A stretch of DNA of 64,000 nt from NCBI GenBank assembly GCA_012295275.1, contig CM022669.1:7812001-7876000 (forward strand). The letters run 5' to 3'. The DNA is from Chrysomallon squamiferum. Its lineage: Eukaryota > Animalia > Mollusca. Shown piece after piece: positions 1 through 13,840 of this stretch; position 1 is the first letter of the stretch, and each line of letters opens with the position of its first letter. Below the pieces are notes generated by a model. The model was not told where the DNA came from. It saw nothing but the letters and a program-made list of their open reading frames with translations, and did not search any database. The translations under genes were made by a program, and so were the position numbers.

Positions 1-431
1 CTTGCTATATATATATATATTTTGGCTTTAAATATATTTGTCATTTCAAAAAGATTTATATTAACACAGTTCAAATGTAACCAAACAATCTCAAAGTATA
101 AATTTTAAATGTCATTATCTAAACGCTTATCATATTGTTTTCAAGATATATTTATTTAATTTGACAGTGACATTAATTAATTTCCTGATATGATAATTAA
201 TTAGAACCTGGTTACAAGCACATCAGATATTGAGGAAAATCCACTTTATATTGTGAGGATTGTCTTTTCTCTCTGTTTTATTCCTATTTTTCTTTTTTTC
301 TTTTTATATTTTTGATCCGAAATGAAATAATGCTAGTTTAATACCTACGAGAATTTGTTTTGTTTTTTCATATTTTATCCATCAGAAAATAAATACCTGT
401 TTGACTATATGTTTGCTGTTTATGTTTTCAG

Positions 432-3400
432 GGTCTTCTTCAGTCATTTAAAAGTTTTAAAGATATAGGCTGGTTACAGGTAAAAGGTTAGTAAATAAAA
501 AAATTAAAAAAATAATAAAAAAATATAGTAATAATTAAATAAATAAAAAAAAAAAATAATTAAATAAAAATATAACTAAATAAATGAAAATACAAATAAA
601 CAGACAAATGCATCAGTAAATAATTTAGTGCAGTGAGAATATTAAAAGAGAGAACATAACAAGGTAAAAATAATTTTTAAAACAAAAATATAAAAGAAAA
701 TAAATGTTTTTTTCAGTGTTCAAGGCTCAAGGTTTGAAGTCTGCTGACTTTGGGGGTCTCAGTGATCCATTCTGTGTTCTAGAACTTGTCAACACTCGTC
801 TGCAGACACAGACAGAGTACAAGACTCTGAACCCAGAGTGGAACAAAGTCTTCACCTTGTGAGTCAGCTCAGTCTGTTCTAATAACTAGTGTCACACACA
901 CTTCTTACTCAGAGTCACTCTGTTAGATACAGCAACATAATAACTTAGTGTGTTTTGTTAGCTTTAATTTACAGTTACTTTGCTAGGGAACATTTTAATT
1001 TAGAGTTACATAGTTTTAATTTAGTGTTACTTGTTACAGTTTTGATTTAGTGTTACTTGTTACAGTTTTATGTGTTAATTGTTACAGCTTTAATTATGTG
1101 TTACTTGTTACAGTTTTGATTATGTGTTACTTGTTACAGTTTTAATTATGTGTTACTTGTTACAGTTTTGATTTAGTGTCTTTGTTAGCTTTAATTTAGA
1201 GTTACGTTGTTACATACAGATTTAATATGTGTGTGTATGTATGTATATATATATATATAGTTGTTAATTCAGAAAATGTTTACATTTCATGGCTTCTCTT
1301 ACCACTCACAAGTATGACCCGTGATAGAAAACTAAATTCTGATTTTTACAGGTGTCATTAAATAAAACTAAACCTTTATTCTGTTTTAGCAATGTCAAGG
1401 ACATTCACAGTGTTCTGGAGGTCACTGTGTATGATGAGGACAGAGACAAGAAGTTTGAATTTCTAGGCAGAGTGAACATTCCAATATTACGAGTAAATCC
1501 CACTTCATTGGTTTTTATTTACTTTTTTTTTTAAATTCATTTATTTGCATCATTTTTTATCTATAAAATTGCCAATGTGGTGCATTCGTTTGAAAAGATT
1601 TTCACTATTTTAGCCCTTTCAGACAAATGCTTATGCCAAAAACAATGCATCTTCCATGTTTTTATGCCAGTTGTGCATGCACTGCCTTGTTACAGGATGA
1701 TGGAAAGTTTTATTACATATTTAACCAGGAGTCCTGGGCATGAGAGTCTCAGTGGGTTAAAGTAAACTTGTAATACAAACAAATCATTCTTTCAATTAAA
1801 TGTTGATTCCTTTTTTTAATAGTTTAAATTTTTTAACTGTTTTAATAGTGAATGAAAAATTTTAAATTTATTTTGGAAATATACTGAAGTAAATAATAAT
1901 ATTTAACTAATAATACATTTTTCAAAATTGTGATAAAATTTTATTATTATCATTATTAAGATTCAGAAATGTCACTTTTTTTTTTTTTTTTTTTTTTTTT
2001 TTCTCTCACTTTTTTTAAAGAGTAAAACAAGTAAATATGTTTTCATTTTTACATTTATTTTTTTATTTTTACCATATCCATCACAGGAGGTAACACCTCA
2101 TATCTTACAAACCACATTTTTAAACTTTCTAATTTATACAAATAAAGATGCAGATGTTGTCCATTATTTAACCAAATTTCAAGTTAATATATTTAGTAGT
2201 TTTTACATTGGGGAAGTTCAAGAGCAGTGATTTTTCTATATCAAATTTTTATTTTGGCTCTGTGTAAAAATTCTAATGATATTATCTATGCTGTAGTGAG
2301 TTTCCAGTAACTTACCTTGTTTTAATGTTTCTTCAGGTGAGAAATGGAGAAAGACGATGGTATGCTCTCAAAGACAAAAAACTGGTTCGTAGATCAAAAG
2401 GTGCTATCCTACTTGAGATGCATGTCATTTTCAATCATGTGAGTCACACATCCTTTCATTCTTTCTTTATAACTTACAGCTGGTTCCATTAAGCTCTCAA
2501 AAAAGATATGAAATTTTTTGAATAGGCTTCTTAGGTTTGTTTAGTTGGAATTTTTGAAAATATGTTTTTAATCTTTATTATTATTTGTTACCAGATATCA
2601 ATCTTTACTACTAATAAAGCATGACAATGACTATACAGGAAACAACCCTTCCAAAAAAAAACAAAAAAACCAATCAAAAACAACAACATAAAAACAAAAA
2701 AAAAAACCATGATAGATAACTAGAAGATCTTTGACAAAATATTTATAAATTTTTCTATCTTTATTAAATTATTACTACAACTGTTATTATTACCACTTCT
2801 ACTACTGATGTTACTACAAGTAATACTATTACTATTACTATTACTGCCACCATAACCATCACCACTACTTCTACTACTATTATTACCAATACTACTACTG
2901 TTACAACTATCACTGACTTTTAATACACTACTACTACTATAATCACTGTTTCAGCTACTGCTATCACTAGTACTAATATTGCTAATACCTCTGGTATCAC
3001 TACTGCTACCACTGCTAATATTAACTTTAAAATTAATAATATTATCATCATTGTAGATAAAGGCAGCCATTCGAACAGTTAACCCAAGAGAAGAAAAATA
3101 TATGCAACCAGATCAGAAGTTTAAAATTTCAGTGAGTAAATAAATAACTAAATAAATAACTAAATAAATAAATAAATATTGTATAATACATTTGACAGTA
3201 TTAAAAGTTCAATAGAATAATTCCTATATTAACTAATTATATCTTTGCTGTACGTAAGATCTTTGGAAATATTTTAAATGTTGTCTGCTCACTTAGTCTG
3301 TATGGTAGGTAAACTGATGCTGTTTATTTATGATGATTACATGATATGCTGTTTTGGTTGTTTTTTTTATTATTATTATCTTGGGGAGAGGGGGTTTTGA

Positions 3401-4610
3401 TTTATAAAGTAATCAGCTAATTTACTAAAGTATCTATTTAAGTATGTATTATATAAAACAGAATAAAATGTATACTTATGACACACATTAAATACTTAAG
3501 AGAAATGTAATAATCTGAAACAGGTCATAAAATGAAACTGATTAATATTCACTTAAGCACTTTTTAATATTAATCGGTTTTATCTGGGTTTGTTTCACAA
3601 AATTTAATATCTATAATGAGAACAGGAAAACAAAAACCCAGCCCCTGCCTTTCTGTGTGTTACTTTCATTAATCATGATCAAATAATATTTTTAATAAAC
3701 CTTAGACATAAAAATACAGACAGTGGGCTATTTCAGTCCACAGGACAGTTCAGGTTTATTATTAAACAAATTGGGTTCTGTATTATATTTTCTTATTACT
3801 TACATTTTGTAGAAACTTTATGTTTTTGTTTACAGATAATGAAGAGAAATATAGACAGGGTATCTCAGATAGTGTCGGCCATTATGGAAACTGGACGTTT
3901 TTTACAGAGTTGTTTTAACTGGGATTCTACACCAAGAAGTATTACAGCATTTATAGTACGTAGTATTTTTATTATTATTATTTTTTTTTTTGTTCTTTTT
4001 GTTTTTTATTTGTATGTATTCTTTATAGTACTTAGATTAATATCAATCTGTTTATAAATATATCTTTGTATTATGTTTTGTAATAAGTACTTAATATTTT
4101 ATAGTATATAACTTTGTGTTATATTTTATAATGATACTTAATTAATATTACTACATTTATAATATATGTGTTATTTTTTATAACATATACTAAGTATTAC
4201 TAAATTTGTAATATATATTTTAAAGTGAAGTATTTCAAGTTCTGCTTTAAATAAACAAAATAAATAAAAATGATATTTTCATGTATTTCTTGTTAAATAA
4301 AAATGACATTTTCAGGTATTTCTTGTTAAATAAAAATGACATTTTCAGGTATTTCTTGTTAAATAAAGATAATATTTTCAGGTATTTCTTGTTAAATAAA
4401 AATGATATTTTCAGGTATTTCTTGTTGTTGTGTGGAACTTTGAACTGTACATGCTGCCCATCTCCATTCTCATCATATTTTTAAAAAACCTCATGATTGC
4501 TCAAATACTAGGTGCTAGAGAACCTTGTGAAGATGTGAGTCATTTGCTGTTTTCTTTTTCTTTTACATTCCACAGCAACAACAACAGCAACAATAAATCT
4601 AATAATAATA

Positions 4611-4698
<88 letters not shown>

Positions 4699-7045
4699 AG
4701 TAATAATGGTAATAATAAGCAGCAAGTAATAGTGGTGGTGCAAACTGTGTTAAAAACAAAATGAGTGAACCCAAAAGTTTTGTTCAGGTCATTATTTGTA
4801 CTTCAGCAGACCATTTTACTGTTGAACTAGTCTGCAGTAACTTAGCAAATGTATTTAATAAAATTGTAATTTATTTTATTTTTTTTTTAATTTTAATTTA
4901 TTTTTAATTTTTTTTAATTTTATTGTTATTATTTTTTTTTTTAAATAGTGTTCATTACAGTATTCATAAATAAGTATGATAATGTAGCCTAAAAGCATTT
5001 TGTAGATTTCTAAGAGTTACTTTTATTTGGGTTTATTTTTGTCTGTTAAAATATAATATATTTGAATCAGTAGATAAGTTAAAAATATTTCTGAACTACC
5101 ATTAAATATTTTGTTTTAATAATATTTAATATTTTTAATTAAAATATAAATAAGATTTCACAACAAACAACCATAATATATTTAGTGTTTTTTCATATAG
5201 TTTCTACCCACCAACCTTTGTTAATAATAAAGTGTTACAACAAGCCTGAAGAGATGTATAGGTTGTCATTTCCTCTCTTTCATCACATCAGTTTAAGAAC
5301 TAAAATATAAAAAAATAAAAATGACAGTCCAATATGACATGTTTTTGAAAAATAAACTTAATAATACTTGTTAATGTAAATAATTTGTAAATATATCATC
5401 AAATGATTTTTTTTACAAAATTTCAGGAATATTTTGATGATGATGAAGAAGATGATGAGGAAGATAAAGATAAGGTAAGTTATTAACATAATCATAATTT
5501 TAACAACATTCATGTAGACACATACATAACATACACACAGATATATATATAAATATATGATTTTTTGTTTTTAGATACATACAGATCAATATTTTGTTAA
5601 TATGTTATGCATCTGTCTGATACATAATATATATTAACAATTAATATGAACTTTTTTTTATAATGTCAAATAACTTTTTGTAAAATATAAAATAAAGACA
5701 CATATTTAATATAATATTAAAAATTAAGGTGAAAATTTATTTTTAAAAATCAAATATTTATAGTTTATGCTGTGCCTGAAAAACAGAAAGTTACAAAGAA
5801 AAACCCTTTGCAGGACCAACATAAATAATTTAATAATTAACAGTGTGATTTAAAATTGTATTTCAAATAATTAGATTACTTTATTAAGCTTATTTAAAAA
5901 TTATGTCATGACTAAACTGTTTTAGATTGTATTAAAAATTTGTTGCTGCAGTTTTTGACATTTGAATGAAATTTTTTGAAAATTTTAATACCTAGTAAAC
6001 TAAGAAAATCAGCAAGAAAAAAAAAAAAAAAAGTAAAAATAATAATAGCATCCAGTTACTTGCTAATCATAAAATGTTTCCATAAAGCATTGGTTCAAAT
6101 AGTTTCTATTTCTTAGTTTATGAATACTGTCAATTTTTTTATGTATATTTGTTTTCCTCATACCCCAAAACAGACAGGATATTTCTTAACAGTTAAAAAA
6201 AAAACCTCTTCAAGCCAACATAGAGATATATAATGCTGATGTCTGTCTGACTGTCTGTTTGTCCATGTGTCCAGTATTTTATTTTATTACTTTTTTATCT
6301 GCATGATAAACATCTGCATGACTTATCTTTAAAAAAATCCCCATAGTAATGTTGTTTTGTAATGTGTATTTTTTTTCTTTCTTTTTTGGATGTTTTATAT
6401 TCCACCTGTTTTTTGTAAAAATAATTTTCATTGTCTTCCATTTATTTGTATATGTTTTTTTTTTTTCTGACTGTTTTCAGAAAAAGGTAAATGTGTGTAT
6501 AGTTTTATTATTTGGCTTTGGTGTTAGGGTTTGAATTAGCACAGTCTAGGTGTTCACAATTCACAAAACAGAACCAGATGTACAAAAAGGACTATTTTTT
6601 TGTTTTTCTCTCCATTAAATAGAGTGATACATAATGAAATGGAACCAGGAAATCAGTTTAGAATGTTCTAGAAATTTATTAAAATATTTTCAATCCTTGT
6701 CATTTGAATGGATTGTAAAGAAAATATTAATGCTATTTCACAAGTACAGCTGTTCTCCGTTTTGTTGTTCATCTGGATTATCTCCCTTGCTTTCTAGTCC
6801 AGATGTTTTTGTGAAATAGCTTTTCATTTATGACTCCTTCATATGAATATTTGAAATATTTTCACAACATTGCTTATTGATTTCCTAGCCCCATTTTGTT
6901 AGATAATCAGTCTGTTGCTTGGAGATATGGTCCATTTGTTATTTTTGTCTTACAGTGTGGTTCTGCTTCAGAAATTGTACACCCAGACTCACTCACATAG
7001 CCTACTTACTTTGATTTTTTTGTATTGTTTCTATAACAATATATA

Positions 7046-7102
<57 letters not shown>

Positions 7103-7991
7103 GTTTGCTCGTTTTCTCTGCATGTTTTAAATAACTGATTTATTGCAACATTTTATTTGATCTTCTGTTGATTAATATTAATAGTAATGTATCTTTTAGA
7201 CTCTTTATTTTATTTTACTTATTTATGCTGTTTATAGATAAGCAGACAGATGTATCACTGTTTAAAACTTTCAGCCATATTCTTATCATGAAATGAAATT
7301 ATTAAAATATAATGTCTGTTGCAATATGGAAAAGTTTGAAAGGATTATAGTAATTGGGATTGGAGCATTACTCATATAAATTTTTAATTTTTTTTTTATA
7401 AAACAATAAAAATAAAAATGAAATTATGATGATAATAATAATAATAATAACAATAATAAATTGATAATTATCCAGTTTAATAGATAAACAGAACATAATA
7501 ATGTTTTTAAAATATTGGCTAATCTAGTGAATGCCCTTTAGATTAGATTTTTTTTTGGTTTTGTTTTTTTACAAAATGCTGAAAACTAAAAACACTAAAA
7601 CGCTGAGATATATCAATCTTCATACTCTATCAGTGTAATTAATAACAATCATTGGTCGTTTTAACTTACTTTTTTGTTTATTTGTAGTTTAGTTTTAGTG
7701 CATTTTTTTTTTTTTTGGTGTGTTTTTTTAATCTAAAGAATAAATTAATATTGTTTGTTACCTCCAGTATCATATAATTGTTTATTACAATGTCAGGCAT
7801 GTGATTTTATTAAAAAAGCATGATAGAAAATCCCTTGAAGTTCTGTTTTGATTATTTTGATTATACTTTTTCCTATAAAAGGAAACACAATTTTTGGTTC
7901 TTAAGTTGAGAGTCCCTGTCTGGAATGGGCAATAGTCTAACTGATACAACAAAGAGAAGTGATCCTATGACTGCCTTGTTTTAAATTAGAT

Positions 7992-8043
<52 letters not shown>

Positions 8044-9592
8044 TAACAATAATATCAATAATAAAGGTCACTAGTTTACCTCAAGTGAATTTATTTACTT
8101 TTCTGATTGCTTAAATGTGTCACTTTTCAAGAAAAAAAATTAAGAATGCATAATTTTTTTTTTTAAATTAAACATTAACAAAAGATAAGTGATTATTTGA
8201 ATAGTTATATAATTAAAATTAATTTAAATCAAATTTACAAACAAAATTGAAAATTTAAAAAAATACATTATTAGTCAAAAATGTGTATATGTAAACAAAA
8301 TTAATTAAATAACTCAACGTTAACATATATCAATAAAATAAATAAATGATCATTTACATACGTCAATAATAACTACAGGATCATACATTTAAACTGATTA
8401 ATGAATAAAAGAAATTACTTTCATCCAGCTTTTTTATATATATGTATGTATACTGACTTTCAATAGATTTCTTGTGCTGCTTTGAATCTGGACAACATAG
8501 CAATGAAAATCACATGTTTAGACATGTGCCAGAATCTTGTAAACCAGAAGGTTATATGTGACGACAGTAAATTAACAAGTTGATGTCATTCTAACAGTTT
8601 GTGTGTCATCTTTGTTTCTCATGTTCCTTACTTACTTGACACAAATAAAACCTAGACAGATCAAAAACCTTTTCTTTGATGTCATTTCAATGTCTAGAGC
8701 ATTATTTTCATTACATCAGTCAGAGAGTATTTGTAGAAATTCTCCAAAACAAATACAGTTTAAAAACTTATTATGATTTGTCAAATATTAAAGGAATTAG
8801 GAACTTTCCCTGTGATGTAATAATAATAAAATAACAATCTATACATACTGGGTTTTTGTTTAAAAATTCAATTATTCTGAATATATTCAGAAAAAAAAAA
8901 AAAAAAATTCTTTGATTGAAATCTGAAGAGTAAAGAGTTTTGCAAATAAATTGGTTTATTTTGTTACCATGGTTACTAGGTGGAGATAAAATGTTTGACA
9001 TGGTTTTTCAAGCCATCATCATCAAAATCATTATTCCGTTCATCAATATCAGCTTTTTAGTTTGATTTTTTTTATTATTGCTGTTATCATTATTATTATC
9101 ATTACAATTATTACTGCTTTTCTTTTTTTTACTGTTATTATTATTGTTATTATTATTATTACTGTTATTCTTATTATTATCATCATCATTATTATTATTC
9201 ATATTATTATTATCATTATCATTTTTTTACTATCATTAAACTATTATTATTATTATTATTATTATTATTAGGACAGCTGAAAAACAAGCCATGTGACTGA
9301 CCCACATGGACTACTTCCATTTATTAGTTTATCAGTTTTCCATGGTGATTTGCTTGTGTGTGTGTGTGTGTATTTTAGTCCAAATGTGAATATAAATAAA
9401 ACAGTTAGACCATGGGAAGTAATTAAAGTAATTAAAGAGTCAAATGTAGATGAGAATATTAAAAAACAATGACATCAACTAGAACTTGTACACTATACCT
9501 ATGGTGATTTCAAAATCAGAATTTAAAAGCTAATGTTTTACACAAACCAAAAATTAACTATTAAAATTGTTATGGTTTTATTTGAATAGTGT

Positions 9593-9669
<77 letters not shown>

Positions 9670-10339
9670 CAGAGATGTTTAGAACAGTTCGAGAATGAGG
9701 AAGTGACCCAAACAGAGTGTTAAATGTATGTGGTAGACTGGCCAATGTAGTTTTGTTTTTTACATGTTTTCTAACAGCTAAGTTTTTTAGTTAATATCCT
9801 GGATGTTATTTAAATACCAGTGTAGAACAGCTGTTTCAGAAACGTGAAATGATGCTGTTACAGAATAATATTTGATTCTCTCAGAAAAAAAAGGAAAGGA
9901 AACTGTGTCTGGAATGTGTGTGTGTGTGTGTGTGTGCATGCATGCATGTATGCATGTGAATGGGTGTATGTGTATGCTTGTATGCATTTGTGTGTGTGTA
10001 TGTGTGTGTGTTTGTGTTGTGTTTGGCATTTGTGTTTGTGAGTTAGATTCTGTATGTGTGGGTTTGTTGTTTACTGTCAGAGAAAGACTGTGTATGTATG
10101 TATGCACACATTTTGTGTTTATGTGTATGTATGTGTGTGTAAAGGTGTGTTTTGAGTCTTTCTGTTAGTGCATTATGTCTGAATGTATGTGTGTGTATGT
10201 GTGTCTGTGTGTGTATGTGTGTATGTGTGGTAGTATTGGTACTGTATTTGAAAATGAACTAGTCCTTGTTAGTGACAGATTAATCAACAAGTACTGTTTA
10301 TAACAAAATATTTCTGTGAAGCTGTGATTAGAACTTAAC

Positions 10340-10395
<56 letters not shown>

Positions 10396-10931
10396 TAGAT
10401 ACACATATACATATACATATTCTGGATCAGTTTTTGTTTTTACTTTTTTTGTTTAGCATTAAAAATGTGCATACTAACAACCACATGTACTCAAAACACA
10501 ATTTATAATAGTTTTATATTGTATTTTTAATGTTTTAGTTTATATTTTAGAGAACCCTAATTTCAGCATTTATTCTCTAAAATAATCTCATTAATATTTA
10601 TTTAATTTCTGCAAAGTTATGGCATGACCGCTTGTAGCACACAAATCTTGTTCTCCTTTTGTTTTAAATATTGTGTTTTGCATTTGTATTTATTTTATAT
10701 ACATATACATACACATACATACATGCATACATTACTTACATGCATACATACATATATATACATTAATACACAGACACATACACACATACATACACACATA
10801 CATACATACATACACACAGATACATACAAACATACATACACACATACATACATACATACATATAGATACATACAAACATACATACACACACACATACATA
10901 CATACACACACATATATATACACAGATACAC

Positions 10932-10962
<31 letters not shown>

Positions 10963-12952
10963 TATACACAGATACACACACACATATATATATACATACA
11001 TTAATAAACAGAAACATACACATATACATACATACATACATACATACATACATACATACACACACATACACATATACATACATTAATACACAGACACATA
11101 CACACACACACATAAATACATAAACACACATATATACATACACACACAGACATACATACACAAATACACACACATACAAACATACATACATATCTTATTA
11201 CATGTGTGACTGAAAATATCTCCATCTTCACACAGTGAAAATGCAAGAAGTACAACATTAACAGTTACTATGAAGTGTTAACAATTAAATGTCTAATTAA
11301 AATTTAAAAAAGGAAAATATAAATATATGAATTAACATTATTATTTACAATGAAATATAACTAAAGATATGTGTGTGCATGGTGTTTATGTGTGTTTTTT
11401 TTGCGTGTGTGTGTCAGTGAGTGTATGTGTGTTTATGGATATCTTTGTATGTCTCTGTGTACATGTGTGTATCTGCAAACATCAGTGTACAAGTACATTC
11501 TTTCTTTTATTCATTGAGGAACACAGTCACAGTATAAACTGACAATTTTTCAGGAAGAGAAGAAGAGTTTCAAGGAGAGGCTGCAGGCAATCCAAGATGT
11601 CTGCCTCACTGTCCAGCAGGGAATGGACGCTGTGGCCTCAATAGGCGAGAGATTTAAAAAGTAAAACCACACTTTATTTTTTCTCTATTTGGTATCTGCT
11701 TTGTTACAGACATGTAGTTTATTTCAGTAACACAGATTGCAGTTACAGCAGACGTGAGCCAACTGCATGACATAGTGAGCCTATTAAATAACACAGCCAA
11801 TTGCATAACATAGTGAGCTTGTTAAATAACACAGCCAATTTTATAACATAGTGAGCCTATTAAATAACACAGTCAATTTTATAACAGTGAGTTTATTAAA
11901 TAACAGCCAATTTTATAACACAGTGAGCCAATTTCAATAGCAGTGAGCCTATTTTAAAATGTGGCCAATTTCAGTAAGATTGAGGCAGTTTCAATAACAG
12001 TGAGCCTGTTTCAATATCCATTAGTGTCTTTCTGTAACGCAGTGAACCCATGTCTCTTACAGAATGAGGTCATTTCTATACCACTGTTACCATTTCACAG
12101 TCTGTTTCCTGACTTGTTCTCAGTGTGACAGGAATTTTAAGAAAATTTAAACATTATTTAAAATTATTTCAGTTTCTGATTCTTATCTTGATAGAATTAT
12201 TTTAGTTCTGAAATAGCTTTACAACAGGTTATACTTTTTTTTTTTTTTTTTTTTCAGATATTCATTGCAGTTTGTTTTCAAATTTGTTGATTATTATATT
12301 TTATTTTTTAAAATTTTTATTTATTTAATTAATTTAATTTAATTTAATTTGTTATTTTTATTTTATTTATTTTTTTTTTTTTTTTTTTTTTTCATTTATT
12401 TATTTATTTATTATTTTTTCTATTTTTTTCTATTTTATTATTAGTATTATTATTATTATTATTATTATTATTTTTTTTTTTTTTTTTGGCTTCAAAATTA
12501 AATAGATAATTATATTTGACAGCACTTTCAACTGGACTGTGCCTTGGTTGTCTGCCCTTGCAGTTATTGTAATGGCTGTTGGTGCTTTGGTCTTGTACTT
12601 CATTCCACTACGCTGGCTCATTCTGGCCTGGGGTAAGAAAAACATCTTTTTTATCTAAAGTCACAACATTTAAGAGAAGATATTATGTGATGCTTTTTTT
12701 TATTTATTTGCTACGTGTGAAAAAGAAAAATAATGAAATAATGTGATGATGAGAATAAGATTTACAAACTGACATGCAGAGAACAGAGTTTTACTGTTTT
12801 TATTCACAAAAATAAATATTTAACTCTTTGTTTTATTTTATTAATATCATCATACCAGTTTAACATCAACTCTTCAAAATGCTAATTGCTAGTAAATTTT
12901 ATTATATATATATATTTGTATGTGTGTATGTATGTATGTATGTATGTTTGTA

Positions 12953-12989
<37 letters not shown>

Positions 12990-13840
12990 GTATTTAAATC
13001 AAACAACACAAAAGAAATAACATTTAAAATAAAGTGACAATAATAATACATTAAAACAAATATAGATAAAACAAATAAATATTAAATATATATAAACACA
13101 TTTAACTGCAACAACACATACACAAAATAATAATAATAATAATACTGATGATAATAATAATAATAAATAACAAATAAAAAGAAGTAAGAAAAAATAAAAT
13201 AAAATGCATTGTATTGCAGGTATCAACAAATTTACGAAGAAGTTGAGAAAACCTAATGCAATTCCAAACAATGAACTTTTAGATTTTCTGTCTCGTGTAC
13301 CCTCTGATAATGAACTGGTGAGTACTGTCTTGTTTCAGAATGGAAAGTACAGTTTTGTGTGTGAGTGTGTGTATGAGAGAGAGAGACAGAGAGAAAGAGA
13401 GTGTGTGTAAGTATGCTGGCTTTTCATAGCATATTCATTTTTGGATGATATTATTTTGTAGATTTTATAGATCATTTCTCCATAAGTCAAGGAATCGAAA
13501 AAGCATGCATCCTTATGTATTTGTTATTATTATTATTGCTTTATTTCTAAACTTTATTATTGACAAAGATTGGTTATCTATTGTCACTAAAAAAAGAATG
13601 AATTACTTTAAAATAGATCTATGTGTATATAATATATAATATTTTAATTAGTATTTGTAATTTTTGGTATTTTAGAATAAATTTAATTATTAGATGATTA
13701 TTTAAGTAAATAAAGACATTAATTTTGTAATTTTACACTATTTTTATTTTTTTATTTTATTTTTTTTTCCACAGATACAGTACAGAGAACTACGTCCGGA
13801 TTTCGGAGCCATGGGTATAAACAAAAAGAAACGAGTGTAA
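432..13840 (+). CDS. MCTP: Multiple C2 and transmembrane domain protein (MCTP1/2 family), 3' part; join(432..486,717..858,1390..1492,2337..2438,3057..3131,3836..3955,4415..4534,5427..5474,11554..11660,12523..12632,13220..13317,13775..13840); 5' exons lie upstream of the window
   Basis: All introns are GT-AG with continuous phase. The spliced product gives the third C2 domain ([32 protein letters not shown]...[30 protein letters not shown]) and the C-terminal TM/PRT_C region ([25 protein letters not shown], acidic loop, [42 protein letters not shown]), matching MCTP as I recall it. Stop TAA at 13838-13840. Confidence 0.95.
945..1215. repeat. Intronic minisatellite, about 26-bp unit (TTACAGTTTTGATTTAGTGTTACTTG-like)
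   Basis: Roughly 8-10 imperfect copies visible directly. Confidence 0.85.
4261..4425 (+). repeat. 33-bp tandem repeat (5 copies) spanning the 3' splice site of MCTP exon 4415..4534
   Basis: Unit TAAATAAAAATGACATTTTCAG|GTATTTCTTGT starts at 4261, 4294, 4327, 4360, 4393. The last copy contains the real acceptor (AG 4413-4414). Confidence 0.95.
4575..4730. repeat. (AAT)n microsatellite
   Basis: Direct observation. Confidence 0.95.
6481..6486 (+). CDS. MCTP: Candidate 6-nt alternative microexon of MCTP (Lys-Lys)
   Basis: Long T tract + CTGAC branch-like motif + TTTTCAG|AAAAAG|GTAAAT. Phase 0/0, matching the flanking exons 5427..5474 and 11554..11660. Confidence 0.55.
9594..9668. repeat. (TG)n microsatellite
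   Basis: Direct observation. Confidence 0.95.
10697..11192. repeat. Compound (CA)/(TACA)/(CATA) microsatellite
   Basis: Direct observation; explains the H/T/Y/I and C/V/M/Y ORFs in the ORF track. Confidence 0.95.
11745..12015. repeat. Degenerate about 39-bp minisatellite (TAACATAGTGAGCCTATTAAATAACACAGCCAATTTTA)
   Basis: Several copies, with an internal 19-20 bp sub-period. Confidence 0.8.

Noticed and set aside
4508-4774. Poly-I, poly-L and poly-N ORFs (also near 9000-9270, 47330-47560, 54451-54723, 57089-57260, 60855-61061)
   Set aside because: Products of AAT/ATT/TAAAA microsatellites, with no coding signature.
10624-11258. Several ORFs of 85-142 aa on both strands (HTYI- and CVYM-rich)
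   Set aside because: Translations of a compound CA/TACA microsatellite inside an MCTP intron.
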